From IMG/VR virus record IMGVR_UViG_3300006793_000007, positions 1-36,852 of that record: DNA of 36,852 nucleotides; one strand, 5' to 3'. The translations under genes were made by a program, and so were the position numbers. This DNA is from a virus (Duplodnaviria > Caudoviricetes). The notes beneath the pieces are model-generated. The model was not told the DNA's origin, searched no databases, and was given only the letters and a program-made list of their open reading frames with translations. Within the stretch, counting starts at the first letter, position 1, and every line of letters begins with the position of its first letter. Shown here in pieces: positions 16,721 through 23,489 of this stretch.

Positions 16721-17147
16721 CCACTGCTTCTCCATCAAATGTTTCTCCCGACTCAAAGCCATCAGCAACAGACGCACTTCCGACCCCAGTGATGTTAATC
16801 TGTATTGCACTTCGTCCCGCATCCTTGATTACATCCTTCTCAAAAGCCCCTACAGGCAGTATACGGTCCATGATTAACTTCCATGCTGCTGCCTGATTCT
16901 TGTGGTCATCGTTAGTTGCAGCATCAAAGATAGTTTGTAATACTAACTCTGACTTAGGACTAGCTAACATTCTAGCCTTGTACTCATTAATGATAGAAGC
17001 GTCGCCCTTAGGTCTGCCTACTTTACCTCTAGAGCCTGCAGTTTTGGACTTTACCTCAGACTTCTTAGGTCTGCCTCTCTTGCGCTTACGTAAATTAATT
17101 TCTTTACGTTCAGCGGCCTGTTGCGCTAGGGTGTCATCATCTGACAT
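16707..17147 (-). CDS. Probable terminase small subunit with two GRPK AT-hook-like motifs
   Basis: First gene of the late arm; RGRPKK, GRPKG and A.KL.MDR.LP motifs. Confidence 0.65.
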   Translation of the reverse strand: MSDDDTLAQQAAERKEINLRKRKRGRPKKSEVKSKTAGSRGKVGRPKGDASIINEYKARMLASPKSELVLQTIFDAATNDDHKNQAAAWKLIMDRILPVGAFEKDVIKDAGRSAIQINITGVGSASVADGFESGETFDGEAVDVTG

Positions 17148-17173
17148 TATCCTTTTCCTTATGTTGAACGCTA

Positions 17174-17276
17174 GTTCGCATGAGTCCCCTGCCTAGGAAG
17201 CAACAGAAGAGGGGATCTATACGAACGGTTAAGTAACTAACTTAGCCCAACTCCTGTTCTACTAAATATATCCTAG
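17174..17276 (-). ncRNA. Structured 5' leader of the late transcript (candidate cis-regulatory RNA)
   Basis: Several interleaved complementary segments whose mismatches are G-U compatible on the minus strand. Confidence 0.45.
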
Positions 17277-17288
17277 TATCTGCCTATT

Positions 17289-17317
17289 ATTTTACCATAC
17301 TTTTACTCAAAAGTCAA
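17289..17317 (-). promoter_or_regulatory. sigma70-type late promoter
   Basis: TTGACT-17 nt-TAAAAT with extended -10 TG; A-rich upstream sequence. Confidence 0.85.
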
Positions 17318-17566
17318 GTCTTTTTTGTACTTATTTGTACTGTAGTCCCGCCCCCGGATAAAACACAAGGTAAAACAGGTGGTTATCTAGAGAATAACTT
17401 ATGTTATTTTTACCTAGTTTTAGCTAAAATTACCCTCTTGCAAACCTGAGTGGCTACAACAATAATTATTCTAAGGCAACCCCCCTCCCCCCTATCAATC
17501 TCAGGGCCTAACACAAGATGCCACGCGATGCAACAGGTAATAATACCAAAGGCGAGCTTCTAAAGT

Positions 17567-17582
17567 TGGCACGAGTTTTGCA
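17567..17582 (+). promoter_or_regulatory. sigma54 (-24/-12) consensus site
   Basis: TGGCACG-AGTT-TTGCA, exact GG-N10-GC spacing. Confidence 0.7.
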
Positions 17583-17641
17583 TGGGGTAAACCTAGGGCC
17601 GCAACCACAGATGCCACACGTTTACAAGTGTAATATTCACG

Positions 17642-17670
17642 TTGACAAAGTGTGTGTGCCAGTGTAGGAC
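17642..17670 (+). promoter_or_regulatory. Possible early sigma70 promoter
   Basis: TTGACA-17-TAGGAC (weak -10), preceded by GTAATATTCAC. Confidence 0.45.
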
Positions 17671-17758
17671 CCTCAGGCTACACTCAGGCTACCCACAAGC
17701 ATACAACAGGACAGAGAGTCAAGGCCTAGAGCTTACACAAGATTGGTAATATTCACAC

Positions 17759-17786
17759 TTGACTCTAGGGCTGACTCTGGTACTAT
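17759..17786 (+). promoter_or_regulatory. Early sigma70 promoter
   Basis: TTGACT-16-TACTAT with TGn extension, preceded by GTAATATTCAC. Confidence 0.65.
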
Positions 17787-17821
17787 GGTCACAAGTTAAA
17801 CGAATAGGGAGGCCTGAGGCC

Positions 17822-18028
17822 ATGAGTAAGCAAACGTTTAGAATCAGTACAGCAACGGGGGACACAGTGGCACATTTGACGCTGTTTAACTACGGACAAA
17901 ACTGTGCACAACAGGAGGCCAGAGAAGTAGCAAAGCTGTTAACGGGAGGCGATTGGGTACTCAGCAGAGTAGAGCAAGAGAAGTCCAAGCCTAGCGCTCA
18001 GCAGTTTATTAAGGATCACGTAGGATAA
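17822..18028 (+). CDS. First early protein, hypothetical (68 aa)
   Basis: ATG at 17822 after GGGAGG/GAGG. Confidence 0.7.
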   Translation: MSKQTFRISTATGDTVAHLTLFNYGQNCAQQEAREVAKLLTGGDWVLSRVEQEKSKPSAQQFIKDHVG

Positions 18029-18032
18029 GGGG

Positions 18033-18086
18033 GGTTGTGTTACTGGTAGGCCTAGGCTACACTCTGGGTCTACTGGTAAACCAATC
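18033..18086 (+). promoter_or_regulatory. Long intergenic RNA hairpin (candidate RNase III site)
   Basis: 16-bp stem 18040-18055/18064-18079 with several G-U pairs, extendable; no U-tract. Confidence 0.6.
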
Positions 18087-18106
18087 GACTAGGGAGAACC
18101 AGAGAC

Positions 18107-18757
18107 ATGTTGAAGCTATCGAAGGCCAGCAAGATGCCGTGTAGATCATGGTCACTGCAAGCGTTAGACACCTGTCCCGCGTCTAGGGATGACACGGGTA
18201 ACCTAGTGCCAGCGTGTAGCGGATGCTACGCCACTACGGGTAATTACAGGTTCAAGAATGTCAAAGCGCCACGTGAGCATAACCGCGAGGACTGGAAGCG
18301 TGATAGCTGGGTTGATGACATGGTGCGCGAGTTAGACAATGACAGATACTTCCGGTGGTTTGACTCTGGCGATATGTACGATATTAGGTTAGCCCGTAAA
18401 ATGCTGGAGGTTTGCGAGCGTACGCCGTGGGTTCGTCACTGGATACCCACACGGATGCATAAATTTGCAAAGTTTGGGCTAGTGCTGGCGCGTCTGGAAG
18501 CATTGCCGAATGTGGTAGTTCGGTTATCCAGTGACAGCATCACAGGGGAAGTTATCTCTGGCAGTACCACTAGCACCATAGCCACCCTTGACACAGTGCC
18601 ACAGGGTAGTGTAGTATGCGAAGCTTACACACGGGCGGGTAAGTGTGACACATGCCGCGCCTGTTGGGATAAAACAGTGTCCGTAGTCACCTACATAGGC
18701 CACGGGCGTAGTATGGAAAAACGACAGCGTGACGTAATCGCAACCACAGGAGCATGA
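18107..18757 (+). CDS. Gp88-like protein (putative Fe-S, radical-SAM-like)
   Basis: SKMP..SWSL...CP...C..CYA, FRW.DSGD, HW.PTR, N.VVRLS and C..CR.CW motifs. Confidence 0.75.
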   Translation: MLKLSKASKMPCRSWSLQALDTCPASRDDTGNLVPACSGCYATTGNYRFKNVKAPREHNREDWKRDSWVDDMVRELDNDRYFRWFDSGDMYDIRLARKMLEVCERTPWVRHWIPTRMHKFAKFGLVLARLEALPNVVVRLSSDSITGEVISGSTTSTIATLDTVPQGSVVCEAYTRAGKCDTCRACWDKTVSVVTYIGHGRSMEKRQRDVIATTGA

Positions 18758-18761
18758 GACC

Positions 18762-19109
18762 ATGAGAGACTACAGCGTAAATTGGGACCCATCTAAGGTA
18801 TACCCAGAAGTAACACGGGAGTACCTAGGCATACTGCCAGAGTTTTTTATCCACGCGACACAGGAGGGCGAGAGTCTGGATCAAGTCACTCAGGCGATGG
18901 ACGAGATATACGGACACGGCGGCTTTCAGTACCCGTTTGGCGGGACTGTGGCAGACTCAGGAGCGTACCAGAGTCCAGAGGATCCAGACCTAGAACCGCT
19001 CGCCACGATAAGCTACCTTGACAGGTTTACTATGTACTGTTACCCTTACGCGATCACAGCGGTACGTGATAATGACACGGGCGAGACAAAAATAGGTAGG
19101 TTTGACTAA
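18762..19109 (+). CDS. Hypothetical early protein
   Basis: 115-aa ORF in a tightly packed operon. Confidence 0.75.
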   Translation: MRDYSVNWDPSKVYPEVTREYLGILPEFFIHATQEGESLDQVTQAMDEIYGHGGFQYPFGGTVADSGAYQSPEDPDLEPLATISYLDRFTMYCYPYAITAVRDNDTGETKIGRFD

Positions 19110-19309
19110 TGAACATTAGAAGGATAAATGTATTTAGACCGTGCCCAGCGTCTAGGTTTACTGTAGAGGTAATGCTAGACAATTACCACAGGGTCACTAT
19201 AGCCGAGGGTAGGTCGCTAGATGATGCTCAGGACGTAGCAAATCAGCGCCGGGAAGAACTAGAGGCACTGGGCCACGAAGTTTACGTGTACATTGATACC
19301 AGACGATAA
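19109..19309 (+). CDS. Hypothetical early protein
   Basis: TAATG coupling with the upstream gene. Confidence 0.7.
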   Translation: MNIRRINVFRPCPASRFTVEVMLDNYHRVTIAEGRSLDDAQDVANQRREELEALGHEVYVYIDTRR

Positions 19310-19321
19310 GGGGATAGGACT

Positions 19322-19444
19322 ATGGTAATATGTTATAAGACAGATGATGCGTTTTATGCTGGCATATACAAACTGGTTATGTTAGGCCTGACGTTTGAGG
19401 CAGACGATCAAGATCTGAGCATAAAGTTAACGGGAGGTTACTAA
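19322..19444 (+). CDS. 40-aa hypothetical protein (not in ORF track)
   Basis: MVICYKTDDAFYAGIYKLVMLGLTFEADDQDLSIKLTGGY; AAGGGGA RBS; fills the gap exactly. Confidence 0.7.
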   Translation: MVICYKTDDAFYAGIYKLVMLGLTFEADDQDLSIKLTGGY

Positions 19445-19445
19445 C

Positions 19446-19658
19446 ATGAAAGCTGACACATTCGACAAGGGCTATCCAGCGTTTGCCCTGTACTACAGGA
19501 GCGACAACAACGGCAAATGGTACGAGGAAGGAGTATTCACAGACGAATGGGCGGCTAGAGATTGCATGATAGAGCACATACGTTTACACTCTGATCTGGA
19601 TTGTGTTATAGTCCGACTAAGCGTAATGAGCGAGTACAAAGCGTACGAGGGGGTTTGA
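19446..19658 (+). CDS. Hypothetical early protein
   Basis: GGAGG RBS; 70 aa. Confidence 0.72.
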   Translation: MKADTFDKGYPAFALYYRSDNNGKWYEEGVFTDEWAARDCMIEHIRLHSDLDCVIVRLSVMSEYKAYEGV

Positions 19659-19661
19659 CAC

Positions 19662-19745
19662 ATGGAATCTGACGTAGTATGGTTGTGGGGCATGGGTTGC
19701 CTAGTGGTGGTGGCGTGGCTTATGTTTAGCGAGGAGGGTTTATAA
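19662..19745 (+). CDS. 27-aa TM peptide (not in ORF track)
   Basis: MESDVVWLWGMGCLVVVAWLMFSEEGL; GAGGGGG RBS; TAATG coupling to the next gene. Confidence 0.65.
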   Translation: MESDVVWLWGMGCLVVVAWLMFSEEGL

Positions 19746-19942
19746 TGGATTATCCGTGTATGCTTTCGGGTGAATATTACGAAGGCGATCAGATTGTAGA
19801 GAGTGCAGAGTTTGTTGGGTGGCATCCTGTAGAGACATCATGGGCCTTTTACAAATTCACTGGTAACGCATGGGACGATAGGGGTTTAGCCTGTTTTGTT
19901 ACTGTAGACGTAGAACATGCAAAGGAGAACTATCAGCGATGA
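19745..19942 (+). CDS. Hypothetical early protein
   Basis: GAGGAGG RBS; 65 aa. Confidence 0.7.
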   Translation: MDYPCMLSGEYYEGDQIVESAEFVGWHPVETSWAFYKFTGNAWDDRGLACFVTVDVEHAKENYQR

Positions 19943-20181
19943 GCAAACGATACGGGCAGCATCAAACGGAAGTGCAGGTTGATTGCGAGTGGGCTACACT
20001 GGACGTAGTTATACACTGGACTCTCACGAATGATGATTATCTAGACCTTGTGCAAATTGACAAGATCACAGTAGGCGACAGAGATTTACGTGAGGGCTGG
20101 AATGTGGCATACTTTGAGGACATAATTAACGACGAAGTATTAGCGGGTGAGGACTATCTACCCACAGACCACGGGGACTAG
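19939..20181 (+). CDS. Hypothetical acidic early protein
   Basis: AAGGAG RBS; ATGA overlap. Confidence 0.72.
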   Translation: MSKRYGQHQTEVQVDCEWATLDVVIHWTLTNDDYLDLVQIDKITVGDRDLREGWNVAYFEDIINDEVLAGEDYLPTDHGD

Positions 20182-20184
20182 AGC

Positions 20185-20664
20185 ATGAACATATTTTACC
20201 TAGATCGTGACCCACACGAGGCCGCAAGGCTACAATGTGATCGACACGTGGTCAAGATGATCTTAGAGACCGCCCAGTTACTGTCAACGGCTCACCACGA
20301 GTTAGATGGTGAGTCACCAGCATACAAGGCCACCCACAAGAACCACCCCAGTGCGGTCTGGGTGCGGTCTAGTGCTAACGCTTACATCTGGGCATGGCAT
20401 CATCTAAAAGCCCTTGGATGCGAGTATGAGCGACGTTATCAAAAGGTACACAAAACCATTGCTGAACACCTAGAAGCTCTCTGTGGGCTTCCTAAGGCCC
20501 TTGTCAGCGATGTTACGCCTTTTGCAGACCCTCCACAGTGTATGCCAGACGAGTGTAAGAGGGTTGACCCTGTGTTAGGTTATCAGGTATACTACAATTA
20601 CAAGGCAGACGATTGGGACGCCCGTGGTATCCCTATGCGATGGTACGGACAGGAGGCGGTGTGA
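20185..20664 (+). CDS. Pyrimidine-dimer DNA glycosylase-like (DenV/Pyr_excise family) protein
   Basis: MNIFYLD.....AA....D.HVVKMILE.AQLLST and YK.TH.NHP...W motifs. Confidence 0.75.
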   Translation: MNIFYLDRDPHEAARLQCDRHVVKMILETAQLLSTAHHELDGESPAYKATHKNHPSAVWVRSSANAYIWAWHHLKALGCEYERRYQKVHKTIAEHLEALCGLPKALVSDVTPFADPPQCMPDECKRVDPVLGYQVYYNYKADDWDARGIPMRWYGQEAV

Positions 20665-20726
20665 TATATATGGTAGTCGGAACATTAGTAATTTTTATTT
20701 TAGCAGATATGTTTTTAGGTGGTTGA
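20661..20726 (+). CDS. 21-aa TM peptide (not in ORF track)
   Basis: MIYMVVGTLVIFILADMFLGG; AGGAGG RBS; GTGA overlap. Confidence 0.55.
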   Translation: MIYMVVGTLVIFILADMFLGG

Positions 20727-20727
20727 T

Positions 20728-20850
20728 ATGTATAGATTATTAGCTGTAATGTTTGCGTTTGTCACTGCGCCTCTGTGGATTCCACTAGCAGTGTACATAG
20801 CCCTAACCTTTCACTGGACGGACACAGTACCGAAACAGGAGGATCTGTAA
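20728..20850 (+). CDS. 40-aa TM peptide (not in ORF track)
   Basis: MYRLLAVMFAFVTAPLWIPLAVYIALTFHWTDTVPKQEDL; AGGTGG RBS; abuts the next gene. Confidence 0.6.
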   Translation: MYRLLAVMFAFVTAPLWIPLAVYIALTFHWTDTVPKQEDL

Positions 20851-21048
20851 ATGTATAACTACAACGAGCCTGATCTGTCACAGGAGCAGATGATACAAGA
20901 CCTGACAGAGTTTGAGTTTAACTTCATTGACTTTGCTACGGTAGTCGCTATGGCCCGTGGTGTTATCAGGGACCGCTACAGGGCAAAGAGCTATAACGAG
21001 TTGTGCAAAGCATACTCACAAGTGTTTGGACCGGAGGACAACGGATGA
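20851..21048 (+). CDS. Hypothetical protein
   Basis: AGGAGG RBS; 65 aa. Confidence 0.72.
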   Translation: MYNYNEPDLSQEQMIQDLTEFEFNFIDFATVVAMARGVIRDRYRAKSYNELCKAYSQVFGPEDNG

Positions 21049-21275
21049 GATGTAAGGCGTGTGACGTTATCTTAGATGATATAGAAACAGTGAAAAAGGA
21101 TGCCAACGGGCTGCACTATGACCTATGTACAGATTGTCTGACAGTCTCTATTACGACCCATTGGGAACTAGAGAACATGGAGTCAATACCTGATAGTGGT
21201 AATTTATCACAGGATGAGGTGTTGCAATTACAGGAGAACTATGATAACATCTTAAGTAGTATTAAGGATTACTAA
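21045..21275 (+). CDS. Small C4 zinc-finger protein (start 21045)
   Basis: MRCKACD...DLCTDC; GGAGG RBS; ATGA overlap. Confidence 0.72.
   Translation: MRCKACDVILDDIETVKKDANGLHYDLCTDCLTVSITTHWELENMESIPDSGNLSQDEVLQLQENYDNILSSIKDY
21222..21250 (+). promoter_or_regulatory. Possible sigma70 promoter
   Basis: TTGCAA-17-TAACAT with TGn extension. Confidence 0.45.
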
Positions 21276-21298
21276 AGAATTAACTAAAGGATTAATCA

Positions 21299-21460
21299 AT
21301 GAGTAATACTACAGGAGTTACTACAGGAGGACGGTGGAATCCTGTAGCCAAACACGATTACAACAAGGGAGGCGCACACAAGGACAGAAAGAAAGATGAC
21401 AAAAAGTACCGCTCACGTAAAAAGGGTTTGACAAAAGACCCTGAACGTGAGATACTATAG
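21299..21460 (+). CDS. 53-aa basic protein (not in ORF track)
   Basis: MSNTTGVTTGGRWNPVAKHDYNKGGAHKDRKK...; AAAGGA RBS; NPVAKH..N....H.DRKK motif familiar from small phage proteins. Confidence 0.7.
   Translation: MSNTTGVTTGGRWNPVAKHDYNKGGAHKDRKKDDKKYRSRKKGLTKDPEREIL
21428..21456 (+). promoter_or_regulatory. sigma70 promoter for the replication genes
   Basis: TTGACA-17-GATACT (T7 A1-type -10) with TGn extension. Confidence 0.65.
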
Positions 21461-21504
21461 GTGTTCCTGCGGGAACTCTTTTTCAACAACGAGGATTATC
21501 TCAT

Positions 21505-21879
21505 ATGTCAAGTCAAGTTATCGAAGGTGTAGTAAACTTCAGCAACGTCACCAAGCACGATGTGTACAACGGTCAAGACACTGGCGCTTTTTCACTGACA
21601 ATCACCATGTCAGAGGACGATGCGGCAACACTGGCGTCACAGGGTGTCAAGATCAAGGATTACGAGGGCAATAAACAACGCAAGTTTAAGTCCAAGTACA
21701 CCATTGGTCTGTACGATGTTGAAGGCAACACGTATAACGGGGAGGTTCCTTATAACTCCCGTGTGCGGCTGAAGTACAAGACGGGTCCAGCACACCCCGT
21801 CCACGGTACTCCTACGTATCTGGAGGCTGTTAAAGTGCTAGAGGAAGCAGAAGTGTCACCGGAGATGGTTGACTTCTGA
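21505..21879 (+). CDS. Single-stranded DNA-binding protein (T7 gp2.5-like)
   Basis: OB-fold-like pattern; acidic tail ending in F; directly precedes the primase-helicase. Confidence 0.7.
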   Translation: MSSQVIEGVVNFSNVTKHDVYNGQDTGAFSLTITMSEDDAATLASQGVKIKDYEGNKQRKFKSKYTIGLYDVEGNTYNGEVPYNSRVRLKYKTGPAHPVHGTPTYLEAVKVLEEAEVSPEMVDF

Positions 21880-23489
21880 TGGACTCTAAATTCCTACACC
21901 ACGAGGAATGTCCCAAGTGCGGTAGTAGGAACAATGTGGCGGTCTACTCTAACGGTGGCCGTCACTGTTTCTCTGCCGGTTGTGACTATCACGTAAACGG
22001 CGAAACAGGAGAGGAAACTGAGGTGACAACACCCAGCAAACTCAACATGGGCGGTGTGGTGTCAGAGATTACCGACAGGCGTCTGTCACAGAAGACCGTG
22101 AGCAAGTATCAGGTCACTGTAGACTACGCAACAGACGGTACGATTGCTCGCCATTACTACCCTTTTTATGACGTAGACACGGGTGAGCTAGTAGCCGCTA
22201 AGTCTCGCATAGTCAAGACCAAAGATTTCCTATCGTCTGGCAGTATGTCTAACGTGGGTTTGTTTGGTCAAAAGCAGTGCCGTGGCGCAGGTAAGTATGT
22301 CACGATCACTGAGGGTGAACTGGATGCCATGTCTGTCTATGAGATGTTTGGACAGAAGTACGATGTGGTATCACTCCGGTCTGGTGCTAGTGGTGCGTCA
22401 AAGGAGATCAAGGCCCAGCTAGAGTGGCTTGAAGGCTACGATAACGTGGTGCTTTGCTTTGACCAAGACAAGGCAGGAGAACTAGCAGTAGAGCAGATCA
22501 AGGATCTGTTTAGCCCCAACAAGCTAAAGATATGTAAGCTGCCCATGAAGGACGCCAGCGAAATGCTGATGGCTAACAGGGTGCAAGAGTTTACACAGGC
22601 TTGGTGGGACGCAAAGGTGTACCGCCCTGATGGTATCGTGGCTGGTGCAGATACTTGGGCGGCGCTGGTTAGTAAGCGTCAGGTACAAAGCACACCGTAC
22701 CCGTGGGACGGACTAAATGAAATCACAAGAGGACACAGGCCCTACGAACTTGTCACTATCACAAGCGGTAGTGGTATGGGAAAATCCCAGTTTATCAGAG
22801 AACTTGAGTACGATTTGCTTCAGCGCACAGACGCCAACATCGGTGTACTTGCACTGGAGGAGGACATCGCAACGACAGCTTTGGGAATTATGTCGGTGGC
22901 ATCATCTAGGCGACTCCACTTGGAGGAAGACTCGCCTGTTGATGAGCTTAGACCTCATTGGGAATCAACGATGGGGTCTGGACGTTACTACCTGTTCGAC
23001 CATTGGGGGTCAACATCAGCCGATGAGCTTCTTTCAAGAGTACGGCACATGGCAAAGGCCTGTGACTGTCGATATGTCATACTCGACCACTTGTCCATCG
23101 TGGTTTCTTCTCAAGAGAACGGGGACGAACGGAAAGCTATAGACGAGATCATGACCAAGCTACGTACACTAGTGGCAGAAACAGGCATCACCCTGTTCCT
23201 TGTGTCACACCTGCGGCGTAGCTCTGGCACAGCACATGAGGACGGTGGGAGAATCAGCCTACAGGACTTACGTGGGTCACAGTCTATCGCACAGCTGTCC
23301 GACATTGTTATCGGCATGGAGCGTGACCAGCAGAACCAAGACGAAGACATACGGAATACGACCACAGTACGTATCCTAAAGAATCGTTACTCCGGTGAAA
23401 CTGGACCCGCATGTTGGCTACGGTACGACAAGCACACTGGACGCATCCATGAGTGCGCCAACCCTAACCCGCCGGAGACAGAGTTTTGA
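21879..23489 (+). CDS. DNA primase-helicase (T7 gp4-like)
   Basis: Zinc finger CPKC...HCF..C; TOPRIM TEGELDA and FDQD; Walker A SGSGMGKS; ILDHL, LRGS and KNRYSG motifs. Confidence 0.97.
   Translation: MDSKFLHHEECPKCGSRNNVAVYSNGGRHCFSAGCDYHVNGETGEETEVTTPSKLNMGGVVSEITDRRLSQKTVSKYQVTVDYATDGTIARHYYPFYDVDTGELVAAKSRIVKTKDFLSSGSMSNVGLFGQKQCRGAGKYVTITEGELDAMSVYEMFGQKYDVVSLRSGASGASKEIKAQLEWLEGYDNVVLCFDQDKAGELAVEQIKDLFSPNKLKICKLPMKDASEMLMANRVQEFTQAWWDAKVYRPDGIVAGADTWAALVSKRQVQSTPYPWDGLNEITRGHRPYELVTITSGSGMGKSQFIRELEYDLLQRTDANIGVLALEEDIATTALGIMSVASSRRLHLEEDSPVDELRPHWESTMGSGRYYLFDHWGSTSADELLSRVRHMAKACDCRYVILDHLSIVVSSQENGDERKAIDEIMTKLRTLVAETGITLFLVSHLRRSSGTAHEDGGRISLQDLRGSQSIAQLSDIVIGMERDQQNQDEDIRNTTTVRILKNRYSGETGPACWLRYDKHTGRIHECANPNPPETEF

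Noticed and set aside
16721-16822. Upstream extensions of ORF-track calls (also 17759, 21003, 25078, 25389, 26999)
   Set aside because: Downstream starts have better RBSs or stop/start coupling
17174-17276. Known self-cleaving ribozyme or tRNA
   Set aside because: No hammerhead core, convincing HDV-like topology or cloverleaf found by eye; kept only as an unknown structured RNA
17371-17386. IHF site accompanying the sigma54 element
   Set aside because: AAACAGGTGGTTA has two mismatches to WATCAANNNNTTR; too weak to call
17822-21460. Phage single-subunit RNA polymerase or T7-type promoters
   Set aside because: No ORF of suitable size or motifs; the promoters found are host sigma types
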